A stretch of 64,000 nucleotides of DNA from Klebsormidium nitens (lineage: Eukaryota > Plantae > Klebsormidiophyceae): assembly GCA_000708835.1 (NCBI GenBank), contig DF237175.1, positions 62,001 through 126,000 of the forward strand. Direction: 5' to 3'. The notes under the pieces are model-generated. The model did no database searches and was not told the origin of the DNA. It saw only the letters and a program-made list of their open reading frames with translations. Positions within the stretch are counted from its first letter, which is position 1, and every line of letters starts with the position of its first letter. A program made the position numbers and the translations under genes. Below are positions 50,183-61,391 of the stretch, one piece after another.

Positions 50183-51175
50183 TCAAAAGCTGCCTAATCT
50201 CTTCTCAGCTAGAAGTACGAGCAAACCTTGTTGGCCAAGCAACACTTCGTTTGAAAAGCTAATGAATGCGAGCCAGAGGACAGGACTGATATCCACCCCA
50301 CCGATGGGTGGTATCAATCTTCGTGTGGGCCCCAACACCGGCTCAGTGGGTGCATAAGCGATGACATAAGGGAACTTGGTGGCAGGAAGCTGGGGGTACC
50401 AGGACATAACTATCCGAATGATGAAAAGGAATGTGGAGATTGCAAAAACAGGGCCCAAGATGGTGATCAAAACCTTTGCGACGGATGGATCAAGATCTGC
50501 TAGTTGCCACAAACTGTTCAGAGGTCCTTCTGGCGCCGACACCCCCTCCACAGCGGCAATTGCGGGGTCAGACGACAGACCAAGGGAAGCCAGCGTGGCT
50601 GTTGCAACAGTGTACATTGGATTTGCCTGCCTAGGTCCACTGCTGGCATCCACCACTGGTGACCGTCCTGGAGATGCAAAGGTCCTGGATCAGAGAGTTG
50701 ACCTGCTGCCAATCCAAGCAGAGAGTGGAGACAACCGCAATGTTGAAATTTCTACACACAAGGTGGTGAAGCAGCGAGTGCCAACTTGTTGAGAATGTTG
50801 CAAACATAGCAACAACCGCAGTGCTGGGCTGCTTAGACTATGAAACTGCTGCAACTGCTTAGATCAGCAGCAAATCATGTAAAACTGGCCGCGGAAGATA
50901 GGTTTCTTGCAGATATCCTGCAAGAATTCAACATGTTGTGAAGAACTTACATGCAAGCACACTGAATCTGCATTTGGGAAAAGCCCTGACTCACCGTCCT
51001 TCGCACCCGAAGCCCCAGTCAGTGTTCTGCAAGGAGGAACCTCATGTGAGCTAGAGCAGCTAAGCGGTACCCGTCTTGCTGCTCCATATCCAGGTTCACC
51101 AACTCGCGTGGCCTGCCTGCTGTGAGGAAAGTGCAGCGATGCTTGAAGACCTCCGAATGCAACACACGCCGCCAT
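50183..51175 (-). CDS. CCB3: CCB3 (cofactor assembly of complex C subunit B, YGGT family), chloroplast-targeted
   Basis: Exon 51175-50995 is transit-peptide-like (MAACVAFGGLQASLH..). Exon 50667-50183 contains LADLDPSVAK..LGPVF..FLFIIRIVMSWYPQLP..KFPYVIAYAPTEPVLGPTRRLIPPIGGVDISPVLW..EVLLGQQGLLVL, typical of CCB3. Confidence 0.92.
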
Positions 51176-51913
51176 TGGTTGCCCGCTCAAGCGAGCGCTT
51201 CGAACTGATTGGGAACCTGCTGGGTACGGTACAACAGAGACAAACGGGTGCCTTGAGGTTGCACGTAAGCAGCACAGCCTCCCAGCAATGCTGCTGAATA
51301 CCTGCCACGTACAGACGTCGCCTTTCTCTGGCCAGAGACCGGCTGAACGCTGGCACCAGAGAGAAAGGCCAGGGCTACCTGCTTAAATATATCCTGGATT
51401 TTACCCAAAGTAAAATTAGTGAGCGGCGACGGTCATTTGTCGCTTCCACCAAAAAATGTTCACTACCGTTGTCAAAGACGGGCCGGGCTTCCCGGCTTCT
51501 AAGCTTGCGTCTAGACTTTGAGCACTGCCGTGACCACAGACGTTACATACCCGTCAAGGTAACCGGCACCTTTTCAGTGCCGCAAGATGTGAAAATTCTT
51601 TACAAATCTAAATAAATGCGTTCGACTTCTGTAGGTATGTAAATCACGTCAAAAAGCAAGCATGCATGGCATGCTCCAGCGTCCAAACTTCCATTGGCAT
51701 CACTTGTTGGCGCTGGCAAGTCTACTGAGCGCATTGCCCCAGAGTGGGCTTGAAGTTGTGTGGGTTCCAACAAAGGCGACCTTTACTTTGTTTGCTGCGA
51801 TGTGAAGCTTGCAGCATTTGAGACAATGCCACATGAAGCCAGCATTGGATCTGACTGAAAGCTTGCAGCCCGAGGCTTCACGTTGACTTGTAGATGGATC
51901 CAGCAGCCCAACA

Positions 51914-53879
51914 ATGGCGCGGCTGAGATACATCATGCTCCTACAGCGAGACGTTCCGAGGGCGGCGAAATTTTACAGCGAAGGATTGGGTCTAACAGTC
52001 AATGTGTGCTCAGACCGCTGGGCGGAGCTGCAGTCTGGGGACATGAAGCTAGCCTTGAAACAAGTGGACAGGTTTGCGCACAGCTCTCAAGCACTTTGCA
52101 AGCCGTCTTTGTGTTCCCTGCTCTGTCCTGAGTTTGTAGACTGCTCACGGCTGTGGAATACTGTAACTGAGCAGGTGAGGATAGGGTGGTGAGTCATTTA
52201 TGAGGCCCATAACAAAGCCAGCGTGGGCCAGATGACAGAGTAGTGCATCATGCCCCCTTTTGTTATCCTGCGCAAGCAGGTCTATGTTGAGCTGCCATTT
52301 CATGAGGCATGTCCAGATCAGGCATGTCCCTGCAATGTTGTGATCGAGGGGATGAAAAGTGCACCACCTCTCCATCAGAACTTGAAAGCTAATCAAGGCT
52401 TCAATTGGCATCGAATGTGTAAGAATCTGATGATGTAAGGCGAATGCAAACATCTAGCATCATTGTTTGATTGATGAAGTACACTGAGTGGAGCCGCCTA
52501 AGGTTCCAAAAGTCTGATGACGATCCAGAGAGGCTTTTCTTGCGCTAAACTTCCGAGCGGTTTCTGTTGCACTTATGTGTTCCGTTCTTTCCCAATACTA
52601 GGACTTGAAGAAATGTCCTTGTCATATTATTACCCTTCTTTCATCACAGCGAGGCCCATTGCACCACTGGCTACAGCCCCTTCCTCCACTTTGACGTCGA
52701 TGATCTGGATGGAACTGTTCAGCGGTTGCTGTCCCTTGGAGCATTCCTGGACGGGCCCATAAAGTATCCAACACATGGAAAGGTCAGTCATATCTTGCAG
52801 TTGCAGACGGCGGCCTGGTCAAAGGTCCCTTTCATATGCTCTGCCTTAAGAGGAACAGAGTTGCTTCGAAGTCCTAATGAGGACATGGTAGGCACGGAGA
52901 TGGTAGGCGCGTGAATGTATTGAATCTGCCAGTCAAAGTAAGGTTCTTTTCCAACCTGCGAGACTAAGGTATGGTGTCCGAGTCTGCAGGTCCGGGCCAG
53001 GTTGTGGGGAGGTTTGTTGAATGTTTCAGACTTTCATACCCTCAGTAGTTTGGAGCCTTTGTGCAATCATCAAACATATGGAAAACATATGAAAGTGGTT
53101 CCCGATGCGCTTGTGACCCTCACAACTTTTGAGGCATGGTTTTGCGAGGTTTGAAACACGGTTAGATAGATGTCGACACTGTTGCAGGATGGCTTGCTCG
53201 AAATTATTGATTATCCTTTACTCCAAGGGGCCCTTCTGAAATAGCCCTTCTTGAAGTAGTCCATGTCAGGTCGAATGTCGGATCGACCCCCGTGTCACGT
53301 TTGCAATGTGGAAGGGAGTTTTTGAAGATCAAGGTTCGAGGCTTCTCGTTTTCTGACTTCGTCTTGTGACTTTTGTTTTGGATGCTTCTTTCAATATTGA
53401 TTCTAATGTTGAAGGCGAACGATTTTGTATCTCAAAGCCTTGTCAGGCAAAGTGGCCCTCTCTCGACGGATTGCGGCTCATCAGATACAAGGCGTGGTTC
53501 TTTTCGTGATGAAGCTATTCGTGCATGAGGCCTGGACACTTTTCCATTGCAAAGCTCTTTGATCTGCGTCAGAATTGAGTGACCAAAAGTTCTCGACTTG
53601 TTCCTAGAATTTCATGGGTCGCCTGACTAAAGTTGCTCGAGTCTTCTCCTCCTAGCCTTCGGCGACTTGTGTTCCCGATCTTTGAGTCCGGACTAGGGAT
53701 ACTGCTTCCACTTTCCAACCGGATTTACAATTGTTTGCCGACCCGGAGCTTGAGAGTACCTGAGAGTGATCGAAAGGACATATTCTCAAGCTCCAATCCC
53801 TTCGGACTTGCAGGTAGCTGCCATGCGGGGCCCGGACGGCCACATGCTTGGACTACACGAGCCGGCTTTGAGCTCGTAG
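51914..53879 (+). CDS. Glyoxalase/VOC-family (lactoylglutathione lyase-like) small protein
   Basis: Exons 51914-52071 (MARLRYIMLLQRDVPRAAKFYSEGLGL..), 52650-52782 (GYSPFLHFDVDDLDGTVQRLLSLGAFLDGPIKYPTHGK) and 53814-53879 (VAAMRGPDGHMLGLHE..*), all in phase. Confidence 0.9.
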
Positions 53880-55041
53880 ACCTCTGTCGGAAAGGTTGCG
53901 CCCTGAGTAGGCAGCTTAGAGAATAGGTCGCCAGACTGCCCTCCAAAGACTCTGGGAACCGTTGCTCCTCTGTTTCTGTTGCACCGACATGATCGACGAA
54001 CTGCCTGTACGATCATGACAATGGCGGCAGAAAGCTAGCTCCTCAAACCATTGACTTTGCACGAATTGGAAGGATCGATCAGGCCATGCACATGTGCCTT
54101 CACATTATTACCAGCGGCTATTTAGAAGGCCTCAGCCAGACCCCAAATGATCATGGGCCGCCGCGCCTCCTGACAGCTGCTGGATTCTGGTGAGTGATTG
54201 CGTTGCACTGAGACCACGGGCGTTTCACCGTCGGGCAGGCCGGGGCCGCAATTGACCTCCAATCACGCGCGCCGCGCATGGATACTCTTAGTACCAGATA
54301 CATGATGAATCACGTATAAGTTAGCTGGCAGCGCGTCAACAACGGCAAGCTGGCATGTACAACCTAGTATACGTACTAAGTTTCAATTGTGTGCCACTGA
54401 GTAGATGCAGATATGGAGCATGCTTTAAAGCGATATAGGGGGTTCAAGTTGCCGTATATAATTGAATTCAAAAGTCAATCTGAGAGACGACCATCATTCA
54501 ACTGTCAAATTTGCACAGCAATGCACTGAGTACAGTTGGCAATCTGAACTCGATGTGCAGCCCGGATGACTCAGTGACGATTGTAAGAATCCACCCTGGG
54601 ATCAAACTATTACCGTTTCCTCGCATAATAGACAAGAAATCCAGCACCTGCACATGCGGACCGCCGCGCAGCAAAAAGGTGATAACCAATCAACTCAACT
54701 TCCGAATCCATGGCTATAGAAAAACGTTGTGACTTCTGACAAAACGCCAATCTCCCTGTCGATCCTCTTGAGAAACGACGGATTAGCCTGGTTACCATGA
54801 AGCCCACAGACCTTATGAATAGTCTGTATGTCTCGTTGTCAAAGGAAATTGCATGAGAACCTTTTCATAGCCCGAAAAAATTTCAGAGAGCTTAGAAACA
54901 TTTAGTAAGGCCTGAAACGTTTTCCGCTGATGTACACATCAAAATACAGGGTAAGATAATTCCATGACACTACTACAGAGTTACATATCTAGACTCTACT
55001 GGTGTACCTGCCTTGCCATGTTCTCGGTCAATCTCTTACTA

Positions 55042-56467
55042 CTACTGTACCCTTTGTAGGTTATGCAACTGCTGCTCATGTCCCCCAACTTGAAGGTGCC
55101 CCTCGAGCCCCCCTACCCGGTTCACCTCGCCCCCAAAGCCTCCCATCGCGGCCACAAAAGACCCCGGCCCAGGCCGCAGCGGCATGTCCTCGTCCCGCTC
55201 CTCCCTTACCCTCTTCCCTCGGCCTTCTGGTACATGCTCGTGCTCCCGACACCGCCTCTTCGACCCCACCTGCAGCGACTCTGGCACGTTCATGCACCCC
55301 CTGACGGTACACCGCTTGGTTGTGAAGTCCTCCATCCCTTGCAGCACGTGCTTCTCGCACCTGGCCGCCCGTATTGAGCTCTGGTTGGGGAACACGTACT
55401 TGCCCCGCTTGTCGCACCCCGGCTCACTGCACCAGCTATGCGCCACATCCCGCATCCCTGGCTCCGCGTGCTCCTTACAGCGGAGGGCTTTGTTCGTGCC
55501 TGGCCAGCCGTACGTGGGGCGCTTGGCGCAGGGCTCCCTCTCCCCAGCCCCGCAAAGCTTGCTCACGGTGTTGACCATGTCCGGGTCAGCGTGAACCTTG
55601 CAGGCGACCTGCATCAAGGCAGAAGTGCCGCTGTCTTTGCATGACTGGATTGGACTCCAAGCAGCATTTCCAACGTGTGGCAAGCCCAGATTATCTGCAA
55701 TTTCAGGCCAGGGCTGGAAGCCTTGCACTCGTCCACTTCCAACCTTTCTCTGCTACTCCTTTAAGATGTGACCATGAAAGGCATACTCGTTGTGCAGTCG
55801 CTGAAGGATGGAGTCCCGTCATTCGTCTGGAACAGTATCCTTGCACAACAGGTTTTGAGATGCCCTGCCAGTAAATGGATGGAATATTGCGGCCGCCTGA
55901 GCAAGGACTGCCAAAATCAGATTTTGAATTGCAAACTAGGCCAGTGCTCAGCTTAGCTTTTCTTGTCACCTCAAGCAGAATTTTTAGTCTTACCGCACTC
56001 TTCCCATGCCAGCCAAAGGTCGGCTGCTTAGGGCATGCCCGACCTTGTCCACACCTTCTCTTTGCCACGTATTTGTCCATTCCATCCTCCTGATGATCCT
56101 CGCACACAATTGGCTTCAAGATGGCCCAGCCATATTCGCACTCCTTCAGACACTCTTCCGACGCTGTGCAATTCCAAACTCGCTTGTTGGCAGGCCGTGC
56201 AGCAGCCAGAGACTCTAGGCTTCCTACAGGAAGAGTAACTCTTGGCTTGCTACCGGCAGGGGGGGCTCCCCTGGCCTCCTTCAGTGCATCAATTGCCTGT
56301 GTCAAGATATTTGCAACGGTATTTTCGGGAGTTTTGTGTTTTGCATTCCTCTCAATTTCCATACCCAGCTGGGCTAAGAGGGACCCCATGACTTCTACGA
56401 GACTCCCCTTCAAGGCCGTTGAAGGAGCAAAGACTAGAATGCTCTGCCAAAGCCTATCCAAAGACTC
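55042..56467 (-). CDS. EsV-1-7 cysteine-rich repeat protein (4-5 repeats); 5' end uncertain, may extend to ~56780
   Basis: Exons 56467-55994 and 55608-55042, separated by a 385-nt GT-AG intron in phase 0. Repeats: CTASEECLKECEYGWAILKPIVCEDHQEDGM; CGQGRACPKQPTFGWHGKSA|VACKVHADPDMVN; CGAGEREPCAKRPTYGWPGTNKALRCKEHAEPGMRDV; CSEPGCDKRGKYVFPNQSSIRAARCEKHVLQGMEDF; partial CTVRGC..RRCREH. These fit the C-x4-C-K-P-(F/Y)-G..C-x2-H..GM.(D/N)V EsV-1-7 consensus. Confidence 0.8.
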
Positions 56468-56775
56468 CTACAAAGAAACACCGAACAAATGTGCAAAATT
56501 CCTTGTCAACCGAGGACTTTTCAGAAAACGCGATCTCAAAATACGTACATCTTGTATATCGCTCTTTGCAACTTTACAACTTCCCCACACTTCACGTTCA
56601 AGCTCCTCCACTTTCCTATTAAATGGTGCTAGGCCGCTCACTTCCCCCCACTGGCAAGGTGCTTCTCTGCATCCTACAGGCAGGCTACAGGCGCTTTTCT
56701 GTATCTCTTGCCGCTGGAGCTGGCTGGCGCCACAGTTTGAAATTTCGTCAAAGAGCGCTGACGTCAAAGAATACA

Positions 56776-56784
56776 AAACCCTAA
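56776..56784. promoter_or_regulatory. Telo-box (AAACCCTAA) in the short divergent region between the EsV-1-7 gene and ATP10
   Basis: aaaccctaa read directly. Telo-boxes are known plant promoter elements, but function here is untested. Confidence 0.3.
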
Positions 56785-56908
56785 AAGAAAGTTATTCGCC
56801 ATGAACGAACGAATTTGAGGGCAGCAGATTTGCCTGCCAGCATTTCTGCAAAAGCTTTGCAGTTTGTGGTGCCCATCACCATCCAGGCGCCCGTGTCCCG
56901 CTCAGGAA

Positions 56909-59564
56909 ATGGCAGATCTTGTCCTCTCCTTGCTGCGTCAGAGCTCGATAAGGGGCTGTTTACAACAAGGACTTGGGTTAGGGACTGCATTGTTGTGTGG
57001 TAGACACGTTGGGCTTTCTGCGACTTCGGCAGTCATTGCAATCTCCTTGCAGCAGAGGCGGCCATACAGTTTCTTTCAGCTTGATAAGGTGACGGCAGTC
57101 CTCCAGATCCCAGCGCAAACTCTTCCTTGGCACTTACGTGTGCTCTCTGGTATGCTGATGGTGCAAAAGTTCAGAGTTTTCATCACAATCAAGCTAGTGT
57201 TCTGCACAGAAAGGTAGTAGGGAGAAACTGGACCAACAGCATTGTGCGCTTTGTGTCGCTGCCCCAAATAATTCTGCCACTATCCATCGATCCGCTTCGC
57301 TGTTCCCTCCATAATTCGATGTTTCGGTGGTGGTGTCACTAGAATGCCAATCTGGATTGCTCTTTTTGAACACTTAAAGCAGAACCGCTTAACTTTTGTA
57401 CGCACCTAGTGGTGCAGGTATTCAACTTCAAAAGGTTGCAGGAGGAACGATTGCGGTTGCAAGGTACCCTTCTTACCCTCTGCTACGCATCATAAGATGC
57501 CGGTACATCCTTTGAGTCACTTTGCCTTTGCCCTGAGCTCAAGCTTGTTGAGATCTTTCGGATCATGGTGCTCATTGGGACAACGAGCCCCCTTATCTTG
57601 GCCCTTTAAATCGCTTGCTTTGGTTTGCAGATGAGATAGAGAGAGGTTACTTTGAGGACTTCAAGGATCTGAAAAAGAATCAGGGCAAGGTGAGTGTACA
57701 TCGAAATTTTGATACTAGTATCCTACGCCAAGAAGGAAAGGGGACAAACACTGCTGCTTATGCCCGAATGAGGCTAAGTCGTTCAGTATAAATGTATGTT
57801 GCTATTGATCCATCTGAGATGGTGAGAAACTATGTCCAGGCAGCTTGCTCTTTATAAGCACGATGCGTTCTGGTTGTCTTTACAACTACTGCTGTGGTGC
57901 AGTTTATTATCATAATCCACTTTCTGATTGCTGGATGGATTATGTCTCTGGGATGCAGGTTCTCTTTAAACACTGTTTTCGGTTGCCGCCGCTATCGCTG
58001 CCACTTGAAATCCATTCAATAGAGCCTTGGAAAGGGTTGCTCAGAGGTGGTCAATGCGTCTTCCTTCAGCTGAATCCTGGTTCCCTCTATCTTTCCATAC
58101 AGTTGGGCCCCGCCAGCAAAGGACTCTTGCCGATTGCAGGCAGTGCCACCTTTCCCGAGCTGCTCTGCAGAGCAGAGGATGGCTCCCAAATCAGGATTCA
58201 AGACGTGTTTGGAAACAAGAACGTCACCCTGGCTTGTGTGGCTTTCCGCCAAAACGCTCAGGTGAGAATCTTTGATTGCATATTCTGAGAGGCGGGACAT
58301 AGAACCGGAAGTTGATGGACACAGATGCCTTGATGGAAATTCACGGGGCGTATGAAGGCAGATCGGACGCGGTGATGCATAGACGGTCGGCCTTGACTGC
58401 GGATTTTATCTGTGTACTGCGTACTCAGAAGGGAGCATGTTATACCTGGATGTTAAGAGTCCCTCCCGGCTTTGATTGTTTGTTTCGCAGCAATGCAGCC
58501 CCTGAAATTGTCGGCGTGCTCTGGGGTTTCAGTCGAAGTCTCTCTCTTGCAGCCAATGGTCGACACCTGGAACCTGGCTTTTCAAGAGGAGCTTCGAAAG
58601 GAGCCAGCTACGCAACTAGTGGAAGTACGTGATGGGGCCGCACGTCAAGCAGTTGCCCTGCTCTCTGCTGTGCAATGACTGTTAATGTTCCTGATGTTCC
58701 TGACTTTCAAATAGTAGGAAATCTTGTAGTTTGGCACAGACTTGGCAACATCGGTAAGCGACTTGGCGGCGTAATCTCGTCTGCACCCCATCAGTCGGCT
58801 CCTTGCCTTCAGGATAAAACGAGCAGAAAATCTGCATCGGTCGTGTACTGTCAAGAGTCGTGACGGCTTCCCGAAATCGCTTTGATCCTGCTGCACTGCC
58901 TGTTTTCAATGAGCCCCCAGAGTCAGCTAGTGGTTTGGAATTCCAATTGGGGTTTGAATAGGCAAATGCTTGACTGTGAATGACTCTTTTTCTTCTGCCG
59001 CAGCTTTCCGTCGTCGAGTCCATCTTCCTGCGTCCATTTCAGAACTACCTCGTCAAATCCATGAGCGCCATCCGAAGACGGTCAAACCCCATGAAAGCGC
59101 CCCCAATCAAAACCGTTGAGCCTGCTTCGCTCTCAAAACCTATTCCCAGCACTCAGCAAGCCCCTCCGTCATCCCAATCAGAGCCACTCACGGCCTCTTC
59201 AGAAAGCTCGCCAGTCTCAAGTTCCGCAGAAACCACGCCCTCGCCGCAAAAGCAAGTGCTACTGTACCATTTCGCCGAGACCTGGGCCATGCGAAAAGCG
59301 CTCAACATGCCCAACCGGCTGACGGGATATGCCCTGCTCGTAGACAGGCACGGGCAGGTTCGATGGCGGGCGACCGGTTATGCCACTACGGATGAGATCA
59401 AGTCTTTGCAGCGGGCTACCCGGCTCTTGGTGTCAGAGTCCGCACAGGCAGCTGCGCTTGCTAAAGAGGGGAGGGGGAGAAGCAAGGCGACGGCGAATCA
59501 AGAACTCGAGGGTGCCTTCGAGAATGAAGGTGAGGGGCGCGGGTCCCATGGACGTTGTCAATAA
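56909..59564 (+). CDS. ATP10: Mitochondrial ATPase assembly factor ATP10
   Basis: Exons 56909-57088 (targeting-like, ..SFFQLDK), 57418-57463, ~57631-57689 (DEIERGYFEDFKDLKKNQGK), ~58102-58261 (..TLACVAFRQNAQ), ~58553-58624 and 59004-59564 (..MRKALNMPNRLTGYALLVDRHGQVRWRATGYATTDEIKSL). The N.LTGY..LVD..G.IRW...G.AT..E motif is diagnostic. Confidence 0.9.
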
Positions 59565-59710
59565 TCTGTCTGCCAGTTCGTTGACTCGAATTTGCTTATT
59601 GGACAATCGAATCACTTCTCGCAGTGAACGGCCAACAACCACGATATCCACTCAACAATTTTGCTTCCCGATAATTGTCTCGCTGCGGGTTTGGACTGGT
59701 CGCGGCTCAC

Positions 59711-60384
59711 CTGGTACTGCGCCCCGCCCCCCCCCTGCGCGCCTGCTCCTCGTACGCCTGCTGCTGCTGCCGCTGCCAAAGATTTGGTTTCTTCTACAAA
59801 AGTCGATTGCGAGCTTCGAAAGCCACACAGCTTTGACATTGCGCCTCACGAAAGAGGGCCGTCGTTGTCACCATTAAGAAAAAATTGTTCGATGCACTTG
59901 GCAGCGTCTCCCCAGTCAATACAATACGAGGGACGGAGACTTGCATCTAATACTTACGCCTAGAGAATGATAAATGTCGTCAGGCTTCGATCGTAATCTA
60001 ACTTCGTCCTCGACTCGCGCATAGTGAAGCTCACCCTATAATCTCAGGGGTACTGTGGACAGTTCTTCGACTTTCAGCAAACCTTGCGTTACCTCTTGTT
60101 CGCAGGCTCCCAATGAACCGATCATCTGCGGCACACTTTTCGAGAACAGCAGCCGGGCCCTCGGGTTATCTCTGAAAACGACAACTCGCATCGAAATGAT
60201 GGAAGCAAAGGTGGGCACACATATCCTCCAAGCAAGACATTACAGTCCTAAGCTGTCCTCCAAGGTGCGGAAGGTGCTTTTGCATACGGTGGTGCTTTGC
60301 GAAAAATGTTGCAAGGCGTCTAGTCTCTCGGAAAGTGACGGGGTGCTCCTGACGTCACGTAAATTCAGTACATCAAAAAGCATC
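59711..60384 (-). CDS. Candidate small spliced gene, antisense and convergent to ATP10; last exon unresolved
   Basis: Exons ~60384-60244, 60171-60093 and 59793-59711 join in phase: MLFDVLNLRDVRSTPSLSERLDALQHFSQSTTVCKSTFRTLEDSLGL|DNPRARLLFSKSVPQMIGSLGACEQE|KKPNLWQRQQQQAYEEQARRGGAGRST. No family recognised. Confidence 0.35.
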
Positions 60385-61391
60385 CGTTTGGATCTTCCAA
60401 CGTTTCGAGGGATGTCTTCTCTGCTCTTGCTTGCTTTTTCAGGGTGACCGTCAGCTGCTGATAATGCGATGATGACGAATTGAGTGGATAGCGGAACAGA
60501 AATCACTGACGAAACCTGCCTTACTCAATCCTTTATGCTGCAGCCCGAACGTCCTAGATACACATCTGCAACTTCAAGGTGACCTATTTTCGCAATATCT
60601 AGAAGCGACTAGTTGGTGACGATCTGGCCGGAAGTTCCTGTACAAGCACCGTTACATTTATTGAAGCTGAGTGATGCCGTAACTTGGTTGCTGATCTTGC
60701 AAAAGTCATCACACTTGTTAGTGCAACGTACAATTGATACGGACCTATGCATCGAGTGTCTACATGTGACCCGTTGCAGGCCCGTGATTGTTGATAACAA
60801 CTCAATGAAGAAACCGGACGCAAATTGGAGTTGGAGTTTTTAAGGACAAACGGTGGAGCGTCTTTTGGAATCAAGCTAGCTGTCTATGTCGATGCAATCA
60901 CTGAGGACGTCGGGTCAGCTTGCTGGCAGTACGTGCGTATTTAAATACGTGATGTGCATGCCGATCATGGCTCAGTCAAGTCGAATACATTTTCTTTACA
61001 TATGGGCAATGACTGCTAGGCATGCATGGACTGGGCTGAGGCCTTACAGTTGCAGGGCCACACATGTACTAAAGAGAAAGTATGCATTGGGCCCTAGCTC
61101 TGGCCATGCAGCTCCAGAATATGGTGCACATAGGATCAAGCTGCGGCCAATGAGCTTCTTGCTGCATACAATAGGTAATTGCGACACGGGCTTCAAAAAG
61201 ATGCGCGACGGTCCGGTTGTATATATGTGGTCAATGTAAAGAATTGTAAGTCAGTATGGTGCCGCAGTGCCATCCAGATTAGCTCGTACATAACGGGCCT
61301 TGGGGTGCGCAGCAAGTTTGTTCCCAATGTTGCCAGGCCAAGAGCCTTAAGCTATACAAGTCAAGCATTGTGTCCAGTGCTGTCGGTCGTT

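Noticed and set aside
54299-54403. Possible C/D-box snoRNA (ATGATGA at 54302, CTGA at 54397)
   Set aside because: Only a 3-bp terminal stem, no clear C'/D' boxes and no recognisable rRNA-complementary guide. These short motifs arise by chance; an Infernal/snoscan hit would be needed.
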